From Paramoeba atlantica (Eukaryota; Protista; Discosea): 64,000 bases of DNA. The stretch lies in contig CDRNVI010000017.1 of the NCBI GenBank assembly GCA_977017575.1, positions 12,836-76,835 of the forward strand, written 5' to 3'. Each line of letters starts with the position of its first letter. Position 1 is the stretch's first letter. The translations under genes and the position numbers were made by a program. Of this stretch, positions 19,684 through 32,439 are shown one piece after another. The notes below the pieces were generated by a model. It searched no databases. It had not been told where the DNA came from and was given only the letters and a program-made list of their open reading frames with translations.

Positions 19684-19956
19684 TTCGGGGAAAGTCTGCC
19701 CCTCCTAGCCGAGGGAGACCTTACCCTCCCTGGAAAGCTGGTAAGATTGGTAAGGGGAAGTGGGTAATATGGGAAAGCATGTATTTGCTAGTTATATATT
19801 TTGCTCGTTTTCAAAATGGGGGGAAGTGAGGGAAAGAAGTTGAGCAAGTGGGAAAGTAAGTGAGAAAGTCATACCGTACATACATATATAAAGTTAGAAC
19901 TCGTACTCTTCCCCCCCTATTATCTGCAAAAAAAAAAAAAAAAAAAAAAAAAAGAT

Positions 19957-19993
19957 ACTTTAACGATAAAGATACAGTTTCTGTACCTTGTTG
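19957..19993 (+). other. Spliced-leader-like exon at 5' end of element I
   Basis: ACTTTAACGATAAAGATACAGTTTCTGTACCTTGTTG. Confidence 0.85.
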
Positions 19994-20038
19994 AATTATT
20001 TTTATTAATTTGTTCTTTGTTACCCGGGTCGCGATCCC

Positions 20039-23000
20039 ATGCCCACATCCGTTGAAGAGCAAAATCCGACCTTCGAGGAGGAGGCGTCGTCTCACACACT
20101 TGGGTCCTGGGATCAATTTGCGGCAAACAAATCTTTAGCGAAGGGACCTAGCACGTACGATGAGCTAATCTACACCACAGCCCTCCCTAATGATATTCCT
20201 CAGGACTGGGAAAAGAGAACGGACGAAATCCTTCGAAGTATGAAGACGGCAACGCAGGACTCAACGCCAGATTTGGGGCATGCGAATGAACTATCAAGTG
20301 AAAGAACCGAGGAAGAGATACACTGCAGTGTGCGTCGGGACGATGAACCTTCCCCTTTCCATTTCGAGGGAACGCACTCAAATTCACCCAGCCAATTACA
20401 AACTTCAAACAGGGCTGTGAAGGAGAGATGCCTGCGTCGAACAAGGGGAATGGAAGGTGCCGTTGACACAGAGAACGCGATGATGTTTCCAGACCTCACG
20501 CCTACTGAACTTGACTTCACAATCACAACAAAACGCAAAGGTAGGAGAAAGAAGAAACGAATAAAACGAACGGCAACGACGTGTACTGACGGTACCAACT
20601 CTTCAAGCCCCGAGGGTGACGAGCACGAAGACAGCGTGACACCTGAGCCCACTCAAAACGGTAAACAAAAGCGCCGCCGAGACATAGCGAAAAGCTTCTC
20701 GAATTATTTTCCTACGACAGGTCACCGGACAGACAAAACACCAAGCGGCAAATCCCAACTTCCTCCGTCTGTAGCCGCATTCCGCAGCACGCCTCAGGAC
20801 TCTTTGAAAACTTGCCCAGTTAAAGGGTGCGTGTGGAAAACACTCGCTCATGGCGGCAGGTGGCAAGCTTACTACAACCACGTAGCTACAAGACACGCGA
20901 ATGAAGTGCCCGAATCCTGGTGGACGAACGAAGGGCGCTTTCTCTGCCAGAAATGCGGGCGACATTACGAAGAAGGCAAACGAGCAACACACGACAACGC
21001 TTGCAAAGGAACCTCGACTGACTCTGTAGCCAATCCCGCGAATAACTTGACGCAGAGTTCATTGGACCACGGTTCGCGCAGCACCGATGTCTCACAGAGT
21101 GTCCAACCTCTTCCTTTACCATCGCTTTCTGATATTTGCATGACTCCTATCAACACTTCTAGGGATGTTCCATTCCGATGCCGCTACCAATGGGCGAAAA
21201 CGCTCACCGATGTATTATCCTCCGTAGCCAGCGAGAACTCCGTAGCGGCATGGACCCGTCTCGGCATGCTGCCTAAATGCGTTCTACCGGCCCCGAACCG
21301 CGGGGGGCGCAAAGGTCGTCTTTCTTATGCCTCACATGTGACAAAAAGCCTAGAAAGGTGGGGAAAAGGGGAATTTACCGCTCTGTGGATTGAAGCGACC
21401 AAAAACAACACGAAGTCGTCGCACCCATCAACCAAAGACCAAGATCAAGACCAGGAGCTTGCGCAAGAAGTAAGAAGGGCAAAAGAACGATGCGAAAAAC
21501 TTGTACGCCAGGGTGAAGTCTCTCGTGGAATGAGTGCACTAACGGCGGCACCCTTTGCACCTGACAACGACGAAACGTACTGCAAGTTGATGGCAAAGCA
21601 TCCCACTCGTGCGCAGGACTGCATGCTTCAAGATCTCCCGTACCCTAACGCACCTCCCTTGAAAGTAAACGAAGAAGAAGTTAAGCACGCTTTGGGCAGC
21701 TTTCGCAAGGGATCATCTGGCGGAACGATGTCGCTGAGAGCTGAGCACCTTCAGATAGCACTACGTGCCCACGTGGACGAGAAAGTACACCCTCTCACCG
21801 CTCTTACAGACGTAGTCAATGTGCTTCTTTCTGGAAAAGCTCCATTCGAGATTCAGGAACGTTTCGCTGGGGCCAGATTGTGTGCACTTCAGAAAGGAGA
21901 ATGTGACGTCCGACCTATAGCCGCAGGCGAGACAATCCGTCGTTTGGTTGGTAAAGTGGCATGTCTAACAGCCAAGAAAAAAGCTAGTCGCTTGTTTAAA
22001 GGAATACAGTATGGGGTTGCCACGCCAGCCGGATCGGAGAGGGTGATCCACCTCTGCCGACAGACTATGTCCCGCCATGCCGATGACACGAACTTTGTGC
22101 TATGTAAGGTGGACCTAGCGAACGCGTTCAATAGAGTATCCAGATCTGCGTTCATCGCCTTACTTCGCAAACATTTTCCAGAATTGTCAGCATGGGTGGA
22201 GTGGACCTACTCCACGGATAGTCTCCTAACTTACGGTTCCAGAACTCTTCCATCATCCGAGGGGGTTCAACAAGGGGACCCCCTAGGGCCTCTCCTTTTT
22301 TCCCTCGTAATGCTCGAAGCCGCGAAAATGATCAAAGAAGCACTCCCAGGCAGTCTCCAGCTTCACCTCTGGTACCTCGACGACGGGGTAATAGCCGGTA
22401 AGGCCGAAGACGTCAGTTTCGCTTTAGAGACTCTTTCTCGAGTTGGTCCTAAGTGGGGTCTTCACATCAATACCTCTAAATGCGAAATAATAACGAACCC
22501 TGCCTCGGCACACCAAACTGCTCTTTTTTCCGATATTCCGGAACCCAAGATAAACCGCGAAGGAAATTTTGACATTCTTGGGAGCCCCATAGGCTCTGCT
22601 CAACATTGCATAGATTTCCTTACGACACACGCCGTGGAACCGGCAGAAGAGACCCTGGAAGCTATAGAAATGCTCGAAGATCCTCAAATTGCCTTGTCAT
22701 TGATCAGACAGTGTGCGGGTTTTTGTCAAATGGTCCATTCGCTTCGAACTACCCCACCACATGAGCTTTCTGCACTCTGTCAGCGCCTTGATGAAGCAGT
22801 CCTCCATGCGTATGAATGGAATATATGCCCGCTTAGCTCCTCAGCTCGATCACAAGTTCAACGCCCGAAACGGTATGGAGGTTTTGGTCTCCGATCTGCA
22901 TCTGCGCACCGCTCAGCGGCGTACGTGTCTTCAGTTGCTTTTGCTGCAGAGACGGATCGTTGGCTACCGTCAGATGCAGAAGGATTCTCTTCCGCAGTCC

Positions 23001-23980
23001 TGGACATCAATCGCCGGAGCGGAGGCCCCGTAGTTGATCCGGACACGGGAAGAGCATTAGAGGAGATCAGCTCCCCTTTTCCGACAGGATCTAGTCAAAG
23101 TACAGAAACGGACAATTCTTGCACCCCCCGTCAACGTGCCTTGAGCGACGCAATCTCGGCGCACGAATTTTCATGTGCGTACGCAGCGGCGGACAGTAGC
23201 ACTCGCGCGAGGTACACCTCTCAGACTGGAGATGGGGCCAGCAGCTGGGCATTTTGCATCCCATCAACAGAGCTTGGCCACGCTTACACACCCACAGAAT
23301 TCCGCGCCCTCTCCAGGTGGTGGTTAGGTGCCAAGGTCTACAACGAGTTGAGCACGTGCCCAATTAACACATGCCAACAACCTCTCGACCTCGAAGGAAA
23401 CCATGCAGTGTCTTGCAAAAGTGGGAATGGACTGATCTCCCGCCACAATGCGCTCATTACACAATTCACCGACACGTGCTCCAAGGCGAATTTATCACCT
23501 TCACGTGAGGTAAGCCTGGGGAACCTAGGGCCTGGCGGCTGTCCCACGAGGCCGGGCGATGTCTTTATTCCGGGCTATGAGAAAGCTCAAGGTCTGGTGC
23601 TTGATTTTGCTGTCACCCACGTTCAGCAACCTAAATACACGGACTTAGTCCGCAACGCTAACGGGGTGGCGGCAGGATCATTTGCGGAGCACTACGCCGC
23701 TTCTCACAAGGTGAAAGAGAGAGAGGAGGCGGAACAAGCAAAACATGTGTTTGTTGCCATGGTGGTAGAATCATATGGTGCTTGGAGTGCAAGTGCCCTA
23801 TCAATCCTTAGATGGGTTGGGAAGCATCGCGCCTCATGTTCCCAGGGGACTCTATCTCAAGAAGCAGCTACCCGTCAGCTGCTTCAAGAGCTTAACCTCA
23901 CCCTGATGCGTTCTCAATCGAGAATGCTTGTCTCACGCATGCCGGCTGAAGATCCACAACCGGCACTTATTTTGCAGTAG
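20039..23980 (+). CDS. Family I polyprotein, 1313 aa: LsmAD-like, ZnF, RT, CCHC, RLE
   Basis: GSWDQFAAN..STYDELIYTT; YLDD; RPGDVF..LDFAVTH. Confidence 0.93.
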   Translation: MPTSVEEQNPTFEEEASSHTLGSWDQFAANKSLAKGPSTYDELIYTTALPNDIPQDWEKRTDEILRSMKTATQDSTPDLGHANELSSERTEEEIHCSVRRDDEPSPFHFEGTHSNSPSQLQTSNRAVKERCLRRTRGMEGAVDTENAMMFPDLTPTELDFTITTKRKGRRKKKRIKRTATTCTDGTNSSSPEGDEHEDSVTPEPTQNGKQKRRRDIAKSFSNYFPTTGHRTDKTPSGKSQLPPSVAAFRSTPQDSLKTCPVKGCVWKTLAHGGRWQAYYNHVATRHANEVPESWWTNEGRFLCQKCGRHYEEGKRATHDNACKGTSTDSVANPANNLTQSSLDHGSRSTDVSQSVQPLPLPSLSDICMTPINTSRDVPFRCRYQWAKTLTDVLSSVASENSVAAWTRLGMLPKCVLPAPNRGGRKGRLSYASHVTKSLERWGKGEFTALWIEATKNNTKSSHPSTKDQDQDQELAQEVRRAKERCEKLVRQGEVSRGMSALTAAPFAPDNDETYCKLMAKHPTRAQDCMLQDLPYPNAPPLKVNEEEVKHALGSFRKGSSGGTMSLRAEHLQIALRAHVDEKVHPLTALTDVVNVLLSGKAPFEIQERFAGARLCALQKGECDVRPIAAGETIRRLVGKVACLTAKKKASRLFKGIQYGVATPAGSERVIHLCRQTMSRHADDTNFVLCKVDLANAFNRVSRSAFIALLRKHFPELSAWVEWTYSTDSLLTYGSRTLPSSEGVQQGDPLGPLLFSLVMLEAAKMIKEALPGSLQLHLWYLDDGVIAGKAEDVSFALETLSRVGPKWGLHINTSKCEIITNPASAHQTALFSDIPEPKINREGNFDILGSPIGSAQHCIDFLTTHAVEPAEETLEAIEMLEDPQIALSLIRQCAGFCQMVHSLRTTPPHELSALCQRLDEAVLHAYEWNICPLSSSARSQVQRPKRYGGFGLRSASAHRSAAYVSSVAFAAETDRWLPSDAEGFSSAVLDINRRSGGPVVDPDTGRALEEISSPFPTGSSQSTETDNSCTPRQRALSDAISAHEFSCAYAAADSSTRARYTSQTGDGASSWAFCIPSTELGHAYTPTEFRALSRWWLGAKVYNELSTCPINTCQQPLDLEGNHAVSCKSGNGLISRHNALITQFTDTCSKANLSPSREVSLGNLGPGGCPTRPGDVFIPGYEKAQGLVLDFAVTHVQQPKYTDLVRNANGVAAGSFAEHYAASHKVKEREEAEQAKHVFVAMVVESYGAWSASALSILRWVGKHRASCSQGTLSQEAATRQLLQELNLTLMRSQSRMLVSRMPAEDPQPALILQ

Positions 23981-24456
23981 CCTAAACCAAGGCTCGCGGA
24001 TCCCGGAATGTTCGAAGGCTGAGGGTGCTGGTCTCGTCGACAGAGTCTATACTCACGCCTAGTCCGTCAGGGCTAGGTACCCCAAGTGAGGTAGTACACG
24101 GGTAGTGAATCTCCTCCCCGTCGGCCAGCATCCTGTTTCGCGACCGTGTCGCTGTCGACACAGGCCCGCGCCTGCGCCCTCCCGTATAACAAGGGAAAGG
24201 TCCACAAGTCAGGCCGTGGAGAGGTCGAAAGACCCGGTCCGGAACGCGCGAATGGTTGAGGAGCCGCCTGCAGGCCGGGTGAGGCGAAGCTGAGGGAGAC
24301 CTTACCCCCCCTGAAAAGTTGAAAAGTTGGGTAGGGGAAAGCAGGAAAGTAGGGAGAAAGGTGGGAAAAGTATGTCAAGAGGTGAGAAAGAGGAGAAAGA
24401 GAGAGAAAAATTTTCTTTATTTGCATAAAAACAAAAAAAAAAAAAAAAAAAAAAAA

Positions 24457-24662
24457 GACTTTTCACTGCATTTCTCTTCAGGGAGGCGGCTTCGTGGGGG
24501 GAAATTGTTTGCTAGTTTGGGGTGGGCTGATTGCTTGTGGAAGGAGGAAAAACTAAGAAATTTACATACATTCATATCCCCCCCAATGGACCTACTTAGT
24601 TCGCATAATGGGTAATATAGAGGCAATGCCGCGTTTCATACATCTCCCCCCTTATTAATTGC

Positions 24663-24689
<27 letters not shown>
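24457..24689 (+). mobile_element. Short (~206 nt + polyA) SINE-like or 3'-end unit
   Basis: Same unit with the same start GACTTTTCACTG at 51713-51945 and 58977-59207. Confidence 0.6.
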
Positions 24690-24690
<1 letters not shown>

Positions 24691-24693
<3 letters not shown>

Positions 24694-24901
24694 ACGATAA
24701 AGATACAGTTTCTGTACCTTGTTGAATTAATTTTTCTTTCCCTATTTCTTTTATCCGGACAATGAGGGAGGCTGATTCATGCGGCTCGACGACGATACGA
24801 GAAGATGACCTTTTTGCCCAAGAGGAGAAAACACACACGCCAGGCTCCTGGGACCAGTTTGAGGGTAATCAGCATCTTATCTCTGCAACTAGTACATACG
24901 A
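24691..24901 (+). mobile_element. 5' fragment of family H (partial SL 24692-24724, 5'UTR, half of LsmAD) joined to family E RLE region
   Basis: Matches 10831-11040; junction microhomology CGA. Confidence 0.88.
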
Positions 24902-27432
24902 AGGCAGGACTTCCGTGTGTTATCGAACCGCGAATTCACTCCTCATTTTATTGTACAAAGTGTAAATGCTCTATTTCTGCGGAGGTTTCTGACCAACATC
25001 CATGTAAGGCGCGCAGGATTCGATCTGGCCCCGACCTCGCTATCATGTGGCCCCATATGGGAGAAGTCCTCTATGATTTCACAGTGGTTCACACTTGCTG
25101 CAACAGTTACAAGAAACAAACAAGCAACTACCTACTGCAGCAAGCCCAGGAAAGGAAGTTCAAGAAATATGTGACAGAGAAAGGTGTGGACAGTGAGGCA
25201 TTTCGTTGCATCGCCGCCTCAGATTGTGGTGTGTTGCACAACGACACAAAACAACTATTAAAGGCGTTGGCTCAGCGCGCGAATCGAAAATATGAAAACG
25301 TGCGTGAGGCTTTTCAGCTGGAACTTGAAAAGCTATCGGCTTACACGGTAGTGTCTCAACTCCGAGATTACATCACCGATGAAAAGTGGATTGGGAGTTT
25401 ACGACTCTAAAAGAGTTCACTACCACACGTATATCTCCGTACAAATAAGTATTGATTAGTTGCCTTCGAATATATTAGGTCCTTTCGAATGTATTAGATA
25501 CTGCTACTTCTGCATTGATTCTTCATCACGTTTGACAACAATTGGCGCGTATACAATAATTGATCCGGGAACTGTTCTTTTTTACTTTGAGGCTTTGCTG
25601 GTTTCGAGGGGACAAGTGTCATCCATGCTGTTTTATGCTGTTTTATGTGGTCCAACATATATTCGATTATTGAAAATTGTTGATCTTACCATGTGAATGG
25701 AACGATGCGTATTGCATCGGTACACGAACATTGCCCCGTAGTTTGTTCAAATTAGTTTCTACGGATAGTTGCCGGGGATTTCCAGACGGCGAGTAAGTTC
25801 AAAAAAAAAAAAAAAAAAAAGCGATGACCGTAAATTTCTGGTAGAGTGAAGTTCGAGTTGTGTCATCGCAACTTTCCTTTTGCGAGTGGAAAAAGGTTAT
25901 AAGTCACTAGAGTAAAATAATGTATAGTATAGTATGCTAAAAGTATAATTACATGGTTCCCCCCGGAGGGGGCAAAATCAGGTACATATATGTATATGTG
26001 CCCCGTAGGGCCACGGTCAAAGAATAAATATTTTCTTCAAGCAATTCTTTCCGTAAACTCTAAGGATAACCGATCACCTAGGCGACCCTTGGAAACACGA
26101 AGGCAACACCAACAGACTATTAAGGACAGCACCCTCGGCGAACAAACGCCGACACGCTCTCAGCCAGCCCACCAGATCCAATCACCTCCAAAGCATTCCT
26201 CCGGCACAAAACCCATGACTAGCGAAACTGGTTGTTCCGAAGCACAATCGGACGGTAGGCGCGAAGACTTTGGCAACAGATATGCCCCACGAAACGGAAG
26301 CGACAAGCCCCCACCACTTCCGCAGAGCGCTCCCAAACACCGCATCTGTCCTGCTGAAGGATGCGCCTGGCGCACGATTGCACATGGAGGGTCTTGGCAA
26401 GCATTTTATAACCACGTAGCGTACCACCACAGTACCGGCGTCCCGGCTGCATGGTGGGCAGCGGAAGGCAAGTTCCTTTGTGAAACGTGCGGCAAACACT
26501 ACACGCTCAACCGTAAAACTACGCACCCGAAGACCTGCATCGGTCAATCAAGTCAAGCAGCACAAATGTCAGTAGATATTTTTTCGCAGCACTCCATCGT
26601 AACAGAAACCGCCGAATTACCTACTTTGGCAAGTGTCTGCACACTCGCGAAGAGCACATGTAAAGACGTGCCCCACCGATGCCGTCAGCTGTGGGCGGAG
26701 ATCTTAACCTCGGCAATTTTCTTCAACCTCGGCAATTTTCTTCATTTCAGTGCTCCGGATGCCAGAATAGTGTAACCGAGGAAAATCTCACAGAACACCA
26801 GCGCAGCTGTCGCGGCAGTGTCCGCAGATCTGGGCCCGACCTTATGATCTACTGGGCAGACGGTCCGATGTATTATGACCTAACTGTAGTTCACGAGTTT
26901 TCAGCAGCTCACATAAACAAAACGCCTCAAAAAATGATGAACGAAGTCATCACGAAGAAACGCGACCGTTACGTAACTTCTGGGATGATTGCGAATGATC
27001 GTTTCATGTGTATCCCTGTCCTTTCGGGTGGAGCGCTACATAAGCATACAAAACGTCTATTAACAGCTTTAGCAGATCGTTGCCTTATTTAGAATTCAGG
27101 AGCGATGTCTGACCCAGATGGAGCGATAACTCTAGAGCGCCCAAAACTCCCTTTCAGCTCGGGCTGTCGATCCACCAGGTTCAATTTCTCCTTACGCTTT
27201 TTAAGACTGAGAGGATAAAAATGGAGGCTCTCCAAGAAGACGTGCAGAGCGGCAGTATTAGGGAAGTTGGAAAGAAGTGTGAAGGTGAGTAGTCAAAGGC
27301 TGCGAGTTGCAGCAAACAGATCGTGCGTCCTTCTAATGTTGAAGGCTTGAAAGTAGTAGTGCTTGATATGCTTTTTTTTGTTTACTAAAAGTTTACGAAA
27401 AGAATTGTACAATGGAAATTTTGATTTCTGAG

Positions 27433-27469
<37 letters not shown>

Positions 27470-30400
27470 TTAACGATAAAGATACAGTTTCTGTACCTTG
27501 TTGAATTATTTTTCTTTCCCTATTTCTTTTATCCGGACAATGAGGGAGGCTGATTCATGCGGCTCGACGACGATACGAGAAGATGACCTTTTTGCCCAAG
27601 AGGAGAAAACACACACGCCAGGCTCCTGGGACCAGTTTGAGGGTAATCAGCATCTTATCGCTGCAACTAGTACATACGATGAATCCCTCTACACGACGCC
27701 CATACCAGAAAATATTACACCAGCCTGGCAAGACAAAATGGAAACGGCACTACAATCTTTGCACCGAGAGAAGCAGACACCTGACACGGGGATGATTTTA
27801 TCGGCAGACGAAGAGAGAAATCATTCCAGCGTATCAAGAGACTGTGCCCCCAATACGTCTGGCAAAGGTCAAGAAGTAACAAGCCAAACCCCAGAGCGGT
27901 ACGAACCACATTCCATGGCCACAGCGAGGCTTCTCCCACGAAAAAGCCCTCTTTCTAGCCAAAAGTCGACGCCCAAAATTTTCGAGAGAGGGGTTAGTAA
28001 AGATTCCAAGACTCGCCAACCAGCTAGACGAGACACAATGAGACGTCGCACCTGTCCAGTCGAAGTGTGCAACTGGAGCACCGCATCACACGGAGGGAAG
28101 TGGCAGGCCTACTACCATCACGTCGCAAGCCAACATAGCGATACTGTGCCTTCGGAATGGTGGGAAAAAGAAGGACGTTTCTTATGCCCCTCATGCGGCA
28201 AGCACTATGATCACAATAAAAAAGCTTCCCATGAGGAAAAATGTCAAGACTCCTTGGGCTCTTACACCTCGTCGCTAACCTGTGAGCCAGAAACCGAAGA
28301 GGCTTCCATTTCCCAAATTTACAAGGATTCGCTCCCGTCTCTTGATTGTGTCTGCTCTTACGCCATCAACACATGCAAAGATGTACCATTCCGATGCAGA
28401 CAACAGTGGGCCTCCGTTTTGACTCAAACAATGGCTGCAGTGGTTAGAGAGAACTCGGTTGAGGCCTGGACACGCTTAGCGATGCTCCCAAAATGTGTCC
28501 TGCCCGCGCCCAAAAGAGGGGGACGAAAAGGAAATTCGTCCTATACCACGAAAACGAGCCAACGCATGGATCGCTGGGAATCCAGGGAATACGCGGCACT
28601 GTGGAACGAATCTGTTGCGCAAATGGTAAAGAAGCGGGAGAGGAGCGATGATGAGGAAGTGGACGAGTCCGGCAAGGCGGCGAAACGAGCCGAGTTGCTG
28701 GCCAGATAAGGGGAGTTTTCCCGTGCGATGGCAGCCCTTACAGCAGCACCGATGGCACCTGAATCCGAAGAAACTTACGAAAAACTCCAATCGAAGCACC
28801 CAGGTAGATTGCCTTTATCATCTTCCGTCACATTCCGACCCATAGAAGGAGAGCCTTTACATCTATCCGAAGGCGAAGTTGAAAAGGCACTACGCAGTTT
28901 CCGGCGCGGAACATCGGCTGGCACCATGGGCCTCCGCCCTGAGCATCTCCAGAGCGCCTTAGCAGCACACCCTGATGACAAGGTACAGCCGCTTTTCTAT
29001 CTCAAGGAAGTCATGAACCTCTTGCTGTCCGGGAAAGGTTGTCTCCAAGTCCAGAAGTTCTTCGGCGGCGCCAGACTATGTGCCTTAGAAAAAGGAGAAA
29101 ATGATGTCCGTCCTATTGCTGCCGGCGAAACAATAAGGCGACTTGTGAGCAAAGCGGCCTGCTCCGCAGTAAAGGAAAAGGCAAGCAAACTACTCTGGCC
29201 TCATCAATACGGAGTCGCAACACCTGCAGGGGCCGAACGCCTGATCCACCTGTGTAGGCACGTGATGGCCTCTCAGGCGGGAAGTTCTGATTTCACGCTA
29301 TGTAAAGTGGATCTGCGAAATGCCTTTAACAACATCTCAAGAACTGCCTTTGCTGCACTTACGAGGGAGCACTTCCCGGAGCTCTCCCCGTGGGTTGAAT
29401 GGTGTTACACCACCGAGAGTATTCTCACTTACGGTTTCCGTCAGATTTCTTCAAAGGAGGGTGTGCAACAAGGGGATCCGTTGGGTCCTTTACTTTTTTC
29501 CCTCGTCATGCAACTGGTTACTACCGAGATAGATCGACAACTTCCTGGTCTTCTTAAGCTTAATCTGTGGTATTTGGATGACGGCATTCTCGGGGGGAAG
29601 GCTCAAGACGTCAGACGAGCTTTAGACATCATCGAACGAGTCGGCCCACAGTGGGGCATCTTCCTAAACGCCAACAAGTGCGAGGCGATCACACATCCTG
29701 AATCCGCCGAACACCTGGACAGCTTCGGCAACATCCCGACGACTAAAAAGACAAGCGAGGGAAATTTTTCAATTTTAGGTAGCCCTGTAGGAACGACTGA
29801 TTTCTGCACAGAATTTCTCCGTGAACACACCCTGTTGCCTGCTGAAGAATCCCTAGCCGCGATCGAATACATGGAAGACCCGCAAGTTTCCCTCGCACTC
29901 ATCCGACAATGTGCTGGTTTCAGCCAAATGGCATATTCTCTTAGAACCACACCCACCAATTCCGTCCATGAGCTATGCGAAGAACTTGACACAGCAATAC
30001 TACATACCACGGAACGCTCTATATGTCCTTTAAATGAAGATGCTGCCGCACAAGTACAACGTCCAAAATCTTACGGTGGATTCGGGCTGCGCTCTTCAGC
30101 GATGCATGCCTCATCGGCGTACGTTTCCTCAGTCTCTTTCGCAGCGGATAAGGACAACTGGAACTCCCTCGACGCAAAAGATTTTGCTGATGCAGTACTG
30201 GACGTCAATTCACGAGCGGGCACCAGCGTCCTGGAAGAGAAAACCGGTCTAATTTCCCCTCAGCACGCTTCCTCTCTCTCTCACCTCAAAAAAGTACTGG
30301 GTCTCCGTGGATCAAAACGACCTCTCCCGGCGAATCTTCCCGTAGCACCACCCGGAGACACGACGACCCCTTACTTTGAACAAACGAAACTCGACCACGA

Positions 30401-31832
30401 GTTTTCATCTTCCAACGACCGAGTCGCACGCCAAAAGGTGCTCAGCCGTGCAATTTCTTCCCGCGAGTACACCGATGCATATCAGAAAGCTGATCCTCAA
30501 ACGAGGGCACGTTGGATATCTCAATCTGGAAAAGGGGCAGGTGACTGGCTGTTTGTCACGCCCTCCAGGGAAAAGGGGCACGCCTTTACTAAAACGGAGT
30601 TCCGCACCCTGTGCACCTGGTGGCTAGGACAAAAAGTATATCCAGAAACACACCCCTGTCCCGTCTCAGGCTGCACGCTTCCGATGGGACCACAAGGAGA
30701 CCACGCATTGGTCTGTAAACACGACTACGGGATCTCTGCGAGGCATAATGCCTTGGCCCTCCAGTTCTTTGACGTTTGTCAAAAGGCCAATTTGTCTCCG
30801 AAAAGGGAGCACAGCCTCGGCAACAGAGGTCCAGGGGGGGCACTCACAAGACCAGGGGATGTGTTCCTTCCGAGCTACACGCTCGGTAAAGGCCTTGTCT
30901 TTGATTTTGCGGTGACCCACGTCCAGCAACAGAAATATACGGACCTGGTCCGTTCTGCTGGCATGGTAGCTGCAGGGGCCTTCGCAGAGAAATATGCAAC
31001 GAACCACAAGCGTGGACAAAGGCAAGAGGCTATAGAGGCCGGGCATGATTTCACCGCCATGGTAGTGGAATCGTACGGATCATGGAGTCCGACGTCCCTC
31101 CATATGCTGAAGAAGATCGCGGGAAAAAGAGCCGCAGCATGTAAGGGTGATATGTCCGAGCAAGCGTCAATGTTTTTTCTTCTCCAGGACATGAACGTTA
31201 CGCTCATGCGGTCTCAGGCACGAATGCTTGTAAGACGCATGGCAGACGTGGATATCCATGCCAGTCTCGCTTTACTGCACGAGGCACCCTCTGACACCAC
31301 ACCAAATCGTGCCAGCTGCGGACCGGCAGGAGCGATCGAGCCTACAGTGCCTATTCTCACGCCTCGCCTTCGTGAGTGAGGTACCCCAAGGTGAGATAGG
31401 TAGGGATTCGGACTGACAGTCCTATTTCAGCACGAAGACGCCATGGTATCCAGGACGGGTGCTGGTCGGGTCGACAGAGTCTATGCTCACGCCTAGCCCG
31501 CGAGGGCTAGGTACCCCAAGTGAGGTAGTACACGGGTAGTGAATCTCCTCCCCGTCGGCCAGCATCCTGTTTCGCGACCGTGTCGCTGTCGACACAGGCC
31601 CGCGCCTGCGCCCTCCCGTATAGCAAGGGAAGGGTTCACAAGTCAGGCCGTGGAGAGGTCGAAAGACCCGGTCCGGAACGCGCGAATGGATTGGGCCTGG
31701 ATTGCTTGTTTTTATTTTTACTGTTTCTTGTTTGTCGTATATACTTAGGGGAGATTGAATTGCTAGTTTTGGGCTTAGAAAAAAGAAAAAGAAAATATAC
31801 TTCTGTGGAAATAAAAAAAAAAAAAAAAAAAA
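24899..31832 (+). repeat. Segmental duplication of 8260-15193 (offset 16639): E 3' part, D fragment, F fragment, SL 27466-27503, element H
   Basis: ORFs recur at a constant offset; at least five substitutions seen. Confidence 0.95.
27540..31379 (+). pseudogene. Second copy of family H ORF with premature stop
   Basis: CAA (12068-12070) is TAA at 28707-28709. Confidence 0.9.
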
Positions 31833-32361
31833 TCTCACGCATGCCGGCTGAAGATCCACAACCGGCACTTATTTTGCAGTAGCCTAAACCAAGGCTCGCG
31901 GATCCCGGCATGTTCGAAGGCTGAGGGTGCTGGTCTCGTCGACAGAGTCTATACTCACGCCTAGTCCGTCAGGGCTAGGTACCCCAAGTGAGGTAGTACA
32001 CGGGTAGTGAATCTCCTCCCCGTCGGCCAGCATCCTGTTTCGCGACCGTGTCGCTGTCGACACAGGCCCGCGCCTGCGCCCTCCCGTATAACAAGGGAAA
32101 GGTCCACAAGTCAGGCCGTGGAGAGGTCGAAAGACCCGGTCCGGAACGCGCGAATGGTTGAGGAGCCGCCTGCAGGCCGGGTGAGGCGAAGCTGAGGGAG
32201 ACCTTACCCCCCCCTGAAAAGTTGAAAAGTTGGGTAGGTGAAAGCAGGAAAGTAGGGAGAAAGGTGGGAAAAGTATGTCAAGAGGTGAGAAAGAGGAGAA
32301 AGAGAGAGAAAAATTTTCTTTATTTGCATAAAAACAAAAAAAAAAAAAAAAAAAAAAAAAA
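31833..32361 (+). mobile_element. 3' fragment of family I (structured UTR + poly(A))
   Basis: Matches 23931-24456. Confidence 0.9.
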
Positions 32362-32397
32362 CTTTAACGATAAAGATACAGTTTCTGTACCTTGTTG
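32360..32397 (+). other. Spliced-leader-like exon at 5' end of element D
   Basis: AACTTTAACGATAAAGATACAGTTTCTGTACCTTGTTG. Confidence 0.85.
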
Positions 32398-32439
32398 AAT
32401 TATTTTCTTTTTTCCTTTCCCCTTTTTGGTTCAACTAGT

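Larger units (their letters stand above)
15865..19953 (+). mobile_element. 5'-truncated CRE-like element, family J
   Basis: Starts directly after a poly(A); no SL or LsmAD; poly(A) 19928-19953. Confidence 0.92.
19957..24456 (+). mobile_element. Full-length CRE-like element, family I
   Basis: SL, intact ORF, structured UTR 24023-24255, poly(A) 24433-24456. Confidence 0.93.
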
